A stretch of 64,000 nucleotides of DNA from Eledone cirrhosa (lineage: Eukaryota). The notes beneath the pieces are model-generated. The model was not told the origin of the DNA. It saw only the letters and a list, made by a program, of their open reading frames with translations, and searched no databases. A program made the position numbers and the translations under genes. How positions within the stretch are numbered: position 1 is the first letter of the stretch; each line of letters starts with the position of its first letter. The stretch spans positions 98,828,001-98,892,000 of the forward strand of contig OZ024741.1 in NCBI GenBank assembly GCA_964016885.1. The letters are read 5' to 3'. This document shows, one piece after another, positions 53,775-64,000 of the stretch.

Positions 53775-56700
53775 ATGACCTCACTCAGAATAGGCAGCAT
53801 AAATGCGCGTGGCTTGGGGTCGTCATGGAAGCAGGGCCACCTGCTCAACGACCTCAGGTCACTAAACATAGATGTAGTGGCCATCAGCGAGACCAGAATC
53901 TCCGAAACACGAGTCTTCGCACCGATCTTCGGCGGCTACGATGTGTACGCAACTCCCAGCCGTCCGGGATCGGGGGGAGGAGTTGCTGTGCTTTTTCGGA
54001 GAGGTTTGGATCTTGCCATACGGGCCATCTTCCTGGACCCAGAGGGTAAGTTGGTGGTGCTGGACGTGACCAGCGGAGACGGGAAAGCTTTCAGGCTAGT
54101 GGCCGTCTATGCTCCGACAGGAGCAGGGCGGCCTGATTCCTTCCGGCGTCTGGAGACCTTTCTTGGAACGTCTCGCTCTTTAGTGTTAGTGGGCGACTGG
54201 AACGGGATCTTAGATGCACGCTGGGACTGTGTGGGATTAGCGGATAGGGGAGGAGGGTGCAAGAGTTTCACCAACCTGCTCAGGCGTTTTGAACTGTCTC
54301 ACAGATACAGATTAGATTTCCCGAATGTGCCAATGTGGACTTGGACAAATCGTATAGGGTCATCCAGATCATATCTAGATAGAGTATTTTGTAGGGAAAT
54401 AGATAGGTCTAGCATAGGCTGTCCACAATTCAAGATAGTCAGCTACACGGACCACAAATTCGTGATCTGTGTGCTTGACTTACATAGGCTTCATAGACGA
54501 GGACCCAGCTACTGGAAGCTAAACGCCTCCTTACCATCGCGCAAGGTCTACAGAGACCGGATTAGCAAACTAGTTAAGCGGGCGTTGACGGGGGCCATCG
54601 TCAACAACAAGTGGTGGTTTGCTCTGAAAAGAGCGATTAGAATAGAGTCCATTAGGTTTAGTAAGGCTTTAGCAATAGAGAAAAACAGAGCAGAGGGCGA
54701 ACTAGTTAGAAAATTAGGCGAGGCGCTTAGCAAAGGCATGGCGACCGACGTACTCGCGGCGAAATTGGCCCTTGACCAATTCTTCAATGCAAAGCACGAA
54801 GGCTGCGTTGTCAGAGCTAGGGTGCGTGCTCTCAGACACGGGGGGACGAAAGCCGTTAAATGGGCCCGAGTGGCGGAGGCGCGTCGTGGCAACAAATCCA
54901 CGATCCGGTCTTTGCTGGACCACGACGGGCGCATGCTGCTCGATCCCGGGCAAATATGTGAAGCTTTTCAACGACACTTCGCACAGCTGTTCGGGGGAAG
55001 CGGCGGGCCGGATCGAGGGATGGACTTTAGTGTCTACCTCGACGGACTGCCGCAGCTTTCGGCCACTGAGGCGGAGTGTTGCGAAAAGCCGATAACAGCC
55101 TCTGAAGTACGGGAGGCAATGGCTGGCTGTACAAGGGGTAAATCGCCTGGTTTGGATAGTCTGCCCTATGAACTTTACGTACAGACGCCAGACTTGTTCG
55201 GAGGCCTCTTGGCGGACGTCTACTGCAACTGGCAACAGAACGGGAGAATTCCCAGCTCTGTGAGCCAAGGAGCTGTGGCGCTGCTGAGAAAGGATCCGAA
55301 CAAGGGGGATAACATAGATAATTTTAGGCCCATAACTCTGCTAAACACAGAGTTCAAGATTTTGGCCAAGGTGCTAGCAAAGAGGTTGGCGCTGGTCGTT
55401 GGTGGTCTGGTGGGAGAGGCGCAGACATGCGCCATTCCCGACAGATCCATCCACGACAACCTCCACCTCATGCGATACATCGTAGAGAGGGTAGCTAGGG
55501 AACCTGGCACGAGTGGGTCCTTGATCAATTTAGATCAGTCGAAAGCTTTCGATAGGGTCGACCATTGTTACCTAGCGGCAGTCCTGAGGGCAGCTGGCTT
55601 TGGGCCCGTCTTCAGAGGCTGGATCACTGCCATGCACAGCGACATCTGCTCTGTGGTGATAGTGAACGGTCACCTTTCGGAACCGTTCAACATCATGCGC
55701 TCGGTCCGCCATGGATGTCCCCTCTCGTCCCTCTTGTACGTATTGACTCTCGAGCCATTACTGCACAAACTGGAGACGTTGAGGGGGGTCCCGCGCGAAC
55801 TAGGATGCGGAAGATCCGTGTCAGCATACGTGGACGATGTCACCATAGTGGTGTCGAACGCCAAACACATCGAGGCGAACGGCACTACACTAAGAGAATA
55901 CGAAGCGGTGACAGGAGCAATGATCAACCAGAAAAAGTCAGTGGGCCTGCAGCTCGGTACCAGGAAAGGCAGGTCCATGCCGTCCAACAGCGTCGTCGGG
56001 CGCTGGACGCACAGACCGGTTAAATTGCTAGGGGTCTGTTTCGGTCCGGACCTCCAGACGGACAAAAACTGGGACGAGGTGACGAGCAGGGTGGCTTCTC
56101 TCACCCAGAAATGGGCGGAGAGGAAGCTATCCCTGAAAGGTCGAGCGGAGGTGGCTAACGCGTACATCGCGTCCGTCATCTACTACCGCCTGACCGTCGT
56201 ACCTTGTCCTAAGCCCCGCCTGACTGCGCTGGAGCGTTTGCTCTTTCGCTTTTTGTGGAAGGGACGCGCTCCGATGGTTAGGCGGTCCATCTGCTGTCAA
56301 CACCCGCTACGTGGAGGGCTGGGCATGCCGTGGCTGATGATGCCCAAACACGCGCTCAGGCTACGACATCTCCACCTCTTCCTCGACGGTGCTCAGGTGT
56401 GGTCGCCGTTTGTTAGACGCGTCTTTCCCCAGCTTGTCTCGTTGACGGAGCTGCAGTCCTGGGTCAAGCGAAGACCGAGAGGGAGCGCTTGGAGACTGGA
56501 ATGTCTTCAGGCGCTCACAGCCCTCGACCAATCGGGCAATTGGATCGGTGGAAACTCCACCTTGGCGTTCTATAGAGGATTAGTGAAGGGGAAGGGCGAC
56601 GAGATTCTTGGGGAAACTCTAGGCGTCGACGAAAATCAACTAGCCAATCTCTTCGGAAGAAATTTCGGGCCGGAGCCTATGGACAACTTCCAGAAATCCC

Positions 56701-57194
56701 TGGCCTGGCAGTGCTACCGAGGAGCTTTGCCAGTTCGGGATAAACTCTACAGGCATGGAGGTGCCGTCAGCCGGGTTTGTCCGAGATGCGCGCAGGGCGA
56801 CGAAACCGTCCTGCACGCACTCGTCCAGTGTCCGAGCATTGCTGACTTGTGGATTTATGTCGAACACCTGCTGTCGCGTGTAGGACGGATCCAGCTATCA
56901 GCTGAGTCCATCGTGAGGATTGCCCCGCCCTCTTCCTTTAGCCGGGAAGGGCAGGCAGTTTTTATCTGTCTGGTGGCTATGGCAAATGAGATAGTATGGT
57001 GGACACGTTTGAAAGTGCTGAAGACGAGTACTTACCTCTTCGGTGATGCCCTGATTAACTTTTTCAAATTTCATTTGAAAAGGAAAATCAGGGTAGAGAG
57101 GGAAGTGCTCTCTTCCCAGCATTTTGTTGAAAGATGGGTGAGAGAGGCAAGAATGGCCCGAGTGAATGGGCCTACTCTGAGTATGTGTCTGTAA
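53775..57194 (+). CDS. LINE ORF2: APE endonuclease, reverse transcriptase and C-terminal zinc finger (L1/Tx1-type), 1139 aa
   Basis: SINARGL, ISET, VYAP, GDWN, SYLDR and TDH (endonuclease); KSPGLD, FRPITLL, DQSKAFD, RHGCPLS and YVDD (RT); CPRC...ETVLHALVQC. Confidence 0.93.
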   Translation: MTSLRIGSINARGLGSSWKQGHLLNDLRSLNIDVVAISETRISETRVFAPIFGGYDVYATPSRPGSGGGVAVLFRRGLDLAIRAIFLDPEGKLVVLDVTSGDGKAFRLVAVYAPTGAGRPDSFRRLETFLGTSRSLVLVGDWNGILDARWDCVGLADRGGGCKSFTNLLRRFELSHRYRLDFPNVPMWTWTNRIGSSRSYLDRVFCREIDRSSIGCPQFKIVSYTDHKFVICVLDLHRLHRRGPSYWKLNASLPSRKVYRDRISKLVKRALTGAIVNNKWWFALKRAIRIESIRFSKALAIEKNRAEGELVRKLGEALSKGMATDVLAAKLALDQFFNAKHEGCVVRARVRALRHGGTKAVKWARVAEARRGNKSTIRSLLDHDGRMLLDPGQICEAFQRHFAQLFGGSGGPDRGMDFSVYLDGLPQLSATEAECCEKPITASEVREAMAGCTRGKSPGLDSLPYELYVQTPDLFGGLLADVYCNWQQNGRIPSSVSQGAVALLRKDPNKGDNIDNFRPITLLNTEFKILAKVLAKRLALVVGGLVGEAQTCAIPDRSIHDNLHLMRYIVERVAREPGTSGSLINLDQSKAFDRVDHCYLAAVLRAAGFGPVFRGWITAMHSDICSVVIVNGHLSEPFNIMRSVRHGCPLSSLLYVLTLEPLLHKLETLRGVPRELGCGRSVSAYVDDVTIVVSNAKHIEANGTTLREYEAVTGAMINQKKSVGLQLGTRKGRSMPSNSVVGRWTHRPVKLLGVCFGPDLQTDKNWDEVTSRVASLTQKWAERKLSLKGRAEVANAYIASVIYYRLTVVPCPKPRLTALERLLFRFLWKGRAPMVRRSICCQHPLRGGLGMPWLMMPKHALRLRHLHLFLDGAQVWSPFVRRVFPQLVSLTELQSWVKRRPRGSAWRLECLQALTALDQSGNWIGGNSTLAFYRGLVKGKGDEILGETLGVDENQLANLFGRNFGPEPMDNFQKSLAWQCYRGALPVRDKLYRHGGAVSRVCPRCAQGDETVLHALVQCPSIADLWIYVEHLLSRVGRIQLSAESIVRIAPPSSFSREGQAVFICLVAMANEIVWWTRLKVLKTSTYLFGDALINFFKFHLKRKIRVEREVLSSQHFVERWVREARMARVNGPTLSMCL

Positions 57195-57457
57195 ATTAAA
57201 GTTGGAAAACTGGGAGAGGGCACTTGCCCTGGTGGTCAGGGTCACTGTGGTTTTTTAATGGGCTTTCTCCACGAATGTCCCTCGGAAGTCTCCCCCCTAT
57301 TGGGGAATTTTTTCATTGTTCTATTATTACATCCTCTGTTTTTTTATTTGGGGGGGGGGGGGGTTACACGCAGAAATGCCCTTTTGTACCGTCCTGTATT
57401 GTCCTGTACTGTCCTTAATGTCTACTTTGTGTAAACCGTTGTGGTTAATAAAGAAAG

Positions 57458-57489
<32 letters not shown>

Positions 57490-57490
<1 letters not shown>

Positions 57491-60400
57491 AGTTGCATTT
57501 ATCTTGCTTTATGTTCATACGAGTTATCACCAAGTCACAACCAGTGACCTCAAGAGACAACAAGGTCCGCCATGTTCAAGGAAGAACATACATACTCTCA
57601 CATGCATCTTTAGTGTTTAGACTTGTGATGTACTTATATTGACAGAATCTTCCTTAGTATATGGGCAGTTCCCATTAGTACTCTCTTTTGTATTTCTCCT
57701 ATACGCGGGTTTCCTGGGATCTGCGATACGTAATCATTAGACCCCTTAGGTATCATTCCCAGAGCGCCTACAACCACTGGTATTGTTTTAGTTCTCAATT
57801 TCCACATTTTTCCAATTTCTATATCCAGGTCCTTATACTTGCTCAATTTTTCAAATATTTTTATAGATACATTCTTGTCTATTGGAACAGACATATCAAT
57901 TAGCAGGAATACCCTCTTTTTAAAGTCCTTCAATGTTATATCAGGTCTATTTGCATCTATTTTTCGGTCTGTTCGGATGCTAAAGTTCCACAAGATTGAG
58001 ATGTGATCTTTTTCAAGTATGGGAGGTGGTTGATGCTCCCACCAATTCTTTTGATGGGGCAGGTCAAAATGCTTACACATTATCCAATGTATGTATTGTG
58101 CAGCTCTGTCATGCCTGTTTAGGTATTCGGTTGGAGCTATAGGACTGCACATTGAAATTATATGGTCTATGGTCTCTGGTTGTTTTTTGCATACACGGCA
58201 TAATGGGCTGCATCCATTTTTTATTATGTTGGCTTGGTAATTTTTTGTTGGCAGACACTGATCTTGTGCTGATATAATCAGTCCTTCAGTCTCCGATTTC
58301 AGTCTAGAGGATGCCAACCACTGATGGGTTAAAGTTTTGTCAACATCAGGATTGTTAGCTCTTTCTGGGTATTTTCCATACAGAGGCTTTTCTTGCCATT
58401 TCTTAGCCAGTTTCTGTAGCAGTTCTTTCTTTGCAGTTACTTTTACCTGCTTTGCTTTTTCTGTGTTTTCCATTTCAGCAGTAAATGGGACTTCTGAAAT
58501 TTGTAGTCCATTACTGTATCTTTGTGCATCTTTTGTAATGGAATATGATCTTTTGATGCTTTCGTGTTTCAAAACGAGTTTGATCATCCAATCATGTGAT
58601 TCCTTAGATATGTAGATAATCCAATTGTTGCGGTTTTCAACGCAATGTCTAACTGGACTAACCCACGTCCTCCTTCTTTCCTAGGGAGATATATTCTATC
58701 TATATCTGCCTTAGGGTGATGCATTCTGTGCATGGTTAAGAATTTTCTAATTTTTGTATCGAGCCTCCGGATCTCTGTGCTTGACCAGTTGATGACATTG
58801 TAACTGTAGGTTACTACTGGTATGGCAAGCGTGTTTATGGCATCGATCCTATTCCTTGCATTCAATTCCGTTCTTAAGATTGCTCTTACTCTGCGGTAAC
58901 ATTCCTTCCTTATCCTTTCCCTCATTGTCGAGTGCTTGATTCCGTCTCCTTCACAAACACCTAGATATTTGTAAGTTTTTTCTTGATCGAGTTCTCTTAT
59001 CACGTTCCCCCGATCAAGATTAATGTCTGAACTCTTCAGCAGCTTTCCTCTGGTGAACGTTGCTTTGGCGCATTTATCTAGTCCAAACTCCATTTTAATG
59101 TCATCACTGAACTGCTCCACAGTGGATAATAGCCCTTGCAATTGTTCATCATTTTTTGCAAATAGTTTCAGGTCATCCATGTAGAACAGATGATTAATGG
59201 TTTTGTCATAGACTTTATATCCATGTTTTGTTTCATTGAGCATTTTACTTAATGGTATAAGTGCGATGCAGAATAAAAGCGGTGATAAAGAGTCACCCTG
59301 AAAAATTCCACAATTAAAATTAACTTCTCCAGCTTCCAGTGATTTTGTTTCACTATTCAAAAGGACTGTCGTTTTCCATGTCTTCATACTGAATGACAAA
59401 AACCTCCTGACAACGGGGGATATTTTGAAAATCTCTAAACATTTTTCAATCCAACTGTGTGGCAAACTATCGAATGCTTTTTTATAATCTATCCAAGCAA
59501 TCGATAGATTTTTGTGTCTATTATGACAATCTTCCAGTATTATTTTGTTAACCAGAAGCTGATCCTTACAGCCATATGAGCCTCGTTTACACCCTTTCTG
59601 CTCAATGGGAAATAGGTAATTTGTTATCAGGTGGTCATATGTGTATTCAGTTAGAACTGATGTTAAAATTTTATACATTGTGGTCAAGCAAGTTATCGGT
59701 CTGTAATTTTTGGGATTGTTTGTCTCATCATTCTTCGGAAGCAGGAATGTAATGCCGTTAACTAGCCATGATGGTATCTTTTCTGGCTCCTTAACTATTT
59801 CATTGTAAAGTTGGGCTAACAGCTCATGAGACTCTGTGAAGGCATTTATCCAAAAGTTTTGTATTTTGTCTTTTCCTGGGGATTTCCATTTGCTGGTTTT
59901 TCTTAGGGCCAAGCGCAACTGTTCAACTGTTATATTTTCCCATATTTGTTCCTCAAGGTGAGCTGTATCTTTCATTTGTCTGTCTATCCATGGGGCATGT
60001 ATGTTATGAACTTTTTCTTCGGCCCAGATCTTTTCCCAGAATTCTTGCACTTCCTCCTTGGGTGGTATTGATTTAGCAGTTATTGTTGACTTACCAATTT
60101 TTCTGTAGAAGTTTCTGTGGTTGTTTTTGAACATATTATTGTCCTTATAGAATCTAGATCGTTTTTCAAAGCGCCTTATACGAGCAGCTTTGGCCGACAC
60201 TTTTTGCTTGATTATTTCTATCAGCATGTCTATGTCACATGTTGATTTTATACTGTACTTATTTTTCAATTTTCTAAGTTTAGTTTGTTTAACATGTTCA
60301 CCTACTTTATAGTTTGTTAAAATTTCTATGTCAGATCGGAGAAGGTTTATTTGGCGATTGATGTTCTCTTGCCAAGTAGATTTCTTGTGGGAATTCCTTT

Positions 60401-61447
60401 GTTTTTTCATCTTCACTCCACATAAGTGAGTGGTGACTTTAGCCGATGCATAATAGAGATGATTTAAATCAGTAATGTTTAGTTTGTTTGTGATGATAAT
60501 GTTTTTGAGAATGATGTTAGTCTTGTGTATTATCTTTTGGTTCTGTTTGGAGTTCTGGATCTTAGGGAGGGTGTCTCGTTGCCCCATGTCAGATTCTTTC
60601 ATTTTCATCCATTCGATCATAATTTCATCCTTCAAGTTGGCAAGTTCATTCTCATTCATTTCTTTATCATTTACGATCTCATTATTTTCATTTGGAGTTT
60701 CATCCTAAGCATGCACTCCCTCCACTTTTTCGATCCTTTCTTTAATTTGTTCTGTTGCCAGTGATTCCGCCCCAACCCTGGGGTTCGAAGTGTTACAGTT
60801 TACTTCGTTTTCACTGACACATGTTTCATTTTCCCTTCGCTGACTTTGTGCTAATAGCTTGATCTGATCAATTTCTATATCAGTTAGTAACTTTTTTCTT
60901 ACAATATTTCTTCGTATATTGGCTAGTTTGTTACTGTCAATATAGCCTCTGTTTTCGGGATGTTTCTTTTTCCAGTTGATATATGTCTGTTCTGTATTCG
61001 ATGTATTTGATGGGTAGTACATGGCAGTGTAGAAGGCCTCAAGGACTTCTTTATTATCTTCCCTTGACCATTTTTCTCTCTTTTTCTTTGGATTTCTTGG
61101 TGGTGAGCATGGAGGGCCAACAGTAGGAGTATTCCGGTTATGGGAGGTCTCCAGCTCCGAAGTGATGGGAAGGTTTGAACCATTAGCTGAGTTTTCGACC
61201 CCAGTCTGGTTCCTCTCTGAGGGACGCGGCCCTTTTTTACCCGGGTGACGGCCGATCCGGTATGAGATTTTATCATTAGACATTTACTTTATTTTGTCGC
61301 GTTTTATCCTTATCCGCCAAGGAGTAATCATTTCGTGTTACCACTTCTAGAACGAGTGTCAACGAAGACTAGAGGGGTCGTTCTCCCCTAGAGACACGGC
61401 TATTCCCCGCCGGCCGCCATCCCGGTATTTCTTGGTCACGGGGTTTT
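57490..61447 (-). mobile_element. Near full-length R4/Dong-clade retrotransposon, second family, with (TAA)n tail
   Basis: Single long ORF with an N-terminal KWSREDNKEVLEAFY motif, RT (QGDSLSP, YMDD), CCHC, RHD and NRPDI RLE. Has 5' and 3' UTRs. Confidence 0.95.
57634..61283 (-). pseudogene. RT-RLE ORF with one in-frame TAG (60707-60705) and one frameshift near 58600
   Basis: ORFs 60705-61283 and 58584-60659 are in the same frame; ORF 57634-58587 overlaps in a shifted frame. Confidence 0.9.
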
Positions 61448-61531
61448 CTTTTTGTTGTTTTTTTTTAAATTGTTATTATCATGAGTGGTTCCTTAATGTG
61501 AGCATTGCGTGGCTTAAGAATGAAATTATTA

Positions 61532-61582
61532 ATAATTGTCTCCACTCCAGGCACAAGGCCAGCAATCACCCAGTGCATTACA
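61532..61582 (-). mobile_element. tRNA-SINE 3' fragment
   Basis: aattgtctccactccaggcacaaggccagcaatcacccagtgcattac. Confidence 0.7.
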
Positions 61583-62150
61583 ATAATATAATATACTGTT
61601 TGCTGTAGTTGCCTGTTATTGTTGTTGGCTATGTCGGTGGTGGTGCCGGGGCTTTTTATATTGTTGGTGAGGAAGGGGTGAGCCAGCAGTCCCATAGATG
61701 TTGATGTTGACGTTTGGCCGGTGGCCAGGTCACTAAGTCAATCTATTTATATCTTTTGCTAGCCTCTCCCTTGTCTAGTGATACCGCCACCTTCCTCTTT
61801 CTCTCTCAAGTTAACAGGGGAATAGTAGTGGTAGCAATGAAGGAGTGGTGGCGGCGATGGGATAGTGGTAGCAATATGATGGATGGGGTGGTGGCGGCGG
61901 TGGCGTTGTGGTTACTGGGTTTTGTGATATGTAGTATCTATGAGTTTGTGTTCGTATATTTAATATATATTGTGTTGACATATTCCCGTAAAATTGGAAT
62001 TAAACATTTTGTTAAAATTTGAGACAATAATAATAGTAATTATTATTATCATGCCGGGATTGATGGTGGTGGTGGTGAAATTGCCGTTATCTGGCTGTTA
62101 TATTTAGTGTGATGAGATAGGTGGTGTATCAAGTTTCTGGTGTTGGTGAA

Positions 62151-62182
<32 letters not shown>

Positions 62183-62294
62183 CAATATTATTATTATTAT
62201 AGTACTTGTTTACATTCAGTTGTGTTGCTAGTTACCTGTCTCTGACGGTTTGTTTTCGGAAATAAAACTAGACATCGAGAATTACGTCAAATAG

Positions 62295-62344
<50 letters not shown>

Positions 62345-64000
62345 CCCCGTTCTTTGGTAGAACGAAAACATGTTGATGAACTAAATTCTTTGTTCGATCA
62401 TGAATACCACGAGCTTGCCAGTTACGTAAGTCTGATATTTGATTTCGAATTCATAGAAACACTTTAAACGTATAACGTTTGATTTGTCCAGGTGTATTTT
62501 TCTAAGCCTGTTAGTTCTTTTGTTACTTTGGTATATTGTGTGTCAGATTTTGCCTACCACAATGTTCAATTTGTCAAGCTATTTAAACGTATGTTATTAA
62601 TCTAAGGGCATACCTTGTCGAGTGATTTGCTAACTCACTCATATAGTAGGCCGAATTTGCTTGCACACCGCCAGAGATTCGATTTTACTAAGTATCCAAT
62701 TATATATATATATATATATGTATATATAAGAATCGACACTAACTCTTTGCCCTAAAGGTCGTGATTTTACATTTGAAAATTTATAATATGGAGCTTGTTT
62801 TTTCAAAATGGCGTCAAACGAACAACATGGAGGAGGTAGTAGTGTTTACGGTGGCTTTGTTGTCGTTCTTTCTCTGCATTAATAACGACCAATTTCCTGC
62901 AATGACAGCTGTTGTCACTATTCCTACTACAACCATTTTTTTAACGAAGGAAACATACAAATTCTTCAAGTGCGATTCGTTAAGTACGACTGAGAACAAA
63001 ATCACTGATCAACAAAATATATGAATAAAAATAAGTACAACAATATCGGCCACTGAAACAGTAGACACAGCAATACTAATACCTTAATGAAAACAACATG
63101 AACAACAACGACGACGATAATAGCACCCTCAGGGACGTCCACTTTAGACATTGCATGCGACCCGAAAGAACTATACCTTCTATTTCTTGTCAACAAAGCT
63201 GCGAAATTAATTCATGCCATATAAGTTGTCAAAATGTACGATAAATGGCCGGGGTAATGGTGGACCAATGGCAGAAACTGTAAAAAAAATAGCTTCCTAC
63301 GGCTATGTGTTTTTGCAGAGTCGACTCTCGAAAACAGCATCAAATGCTCAGATAGACAAGACTGTAAGATATAGTTGGATATGGATTGTGTAACAAAAGG
63401 AACGCATCTTTCCAAGGGTTTTTTTTCTCTTCCCTACATAAATTGACAGACAGTTAGGCTAAAAATGTCAGTTATCCGGCTGTTAGATATGTGGTGAATA
63501 TAGATAAACATTGTCTTTGAAGAGCCCGACATGCTCCTGAATATGACATGGGCAAGGTGAAAGAACTGGTCTCGAATCAGTCTGTAGATTTTGCTTCAGG
63601 TCAAGAAAACATCCTTCCACCCGCAAAAAAACAACAGATTATTCATCTACTAAACGCGCTGGAGACTAGAAAATCCAAATATCATTTATGTGGGGCCAAA
63701 ACCATCTGAACCCACTCTGACAAAAACAAAACAATGAGAAAGAAGCTACGACAACTGCCGATACTATAACCCAACAACACTAAAAACGCCAACAACAGTG
63801 TAGAGCATCTACAGCATTATCAGCAACAGCAAACATCCCAGCAGGAGCAGCAGCACAAAAACTACCAACATCAAAAAGACCTGCAGTAGCAATATCAACG
63901 AGAAAAACATCAATTGAAGCGAAAGCCAACATCAAAACCATCACCCAGGAGAATTCCCATAGTGGCTCACTCTCCCCCTCTTTCAAAAACAAATAAACAA

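Larger units (their letters stand above)
51804..57457 (+). mobile_element. Apparently full-length L1/Tx1-type LINE
   Basis: Frameshifted ORF1 with CCHC knuckle, open ORF2, and a 3' UTR with AATAAA near 57446. Confidence 0.9.

Noticed and set aside
54548-57245. Antisense and alternate-frame ORFs within LINE ORF2
   Set aside because: Expected shadow ORFs of a GC-rich coding region.
62345-62380. Hairpin followed by GAAA and a palindrome next to (TA)n, a possible half hammerhead
   Set aside because: No valid cleavage triplet and no second copy in the window.
62760-64000. Possible decayed LINE ORF1 at the window end
   Set aside because: A/C skew and low-complexity tracts are suggestive, but no diagnostic motif was found.

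Overview
AT-rich, microsatellite-saturated animal genomic DNA with no recognisable host exon, so probably intronic or intergenic. The dominant tRNA-derived SINE and the repeat landscape suggest an octopus or other cephalopod; this is inference from memory, not a database result. Nearly all ORFs in the supplied track are translations of simple repeats. Real coding signal is limited to transposons: a decayed mariner (3.8-5.0 kb), R4/Dong-clade RLE retrotransposons (fragments at 8.3, 19.0 and 48.7-51.8 kb; near-intact copy at 57.5-61.4 kb), an L1/Tx1-type LINE with an open 1139-aa ORF2 (51.8-57.5 kb), and CR1-like, RTE and Penelope-like RT remnants. The most interesting signal is non-coding. (TA)n tracts carry several families of type-I hammerhead-ribozyme-like motifs inside inverted (fold-back) repeats, including a ~650-bp near-perfect palindrome with one hammerhead per arm and a family with a variant CAGAAGA core. 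A (CATA)n tract holds a chain of a bipartite RTE-derived element plus an R4/Dong fragment, and (TAA)n tracts hold Dong and Tx1 elements. Together this suggests retroelement families partitioned by microsatellite type. Coordinates of degenerate elements are approximate and no ribozyme activity can be shown from sequence alone.
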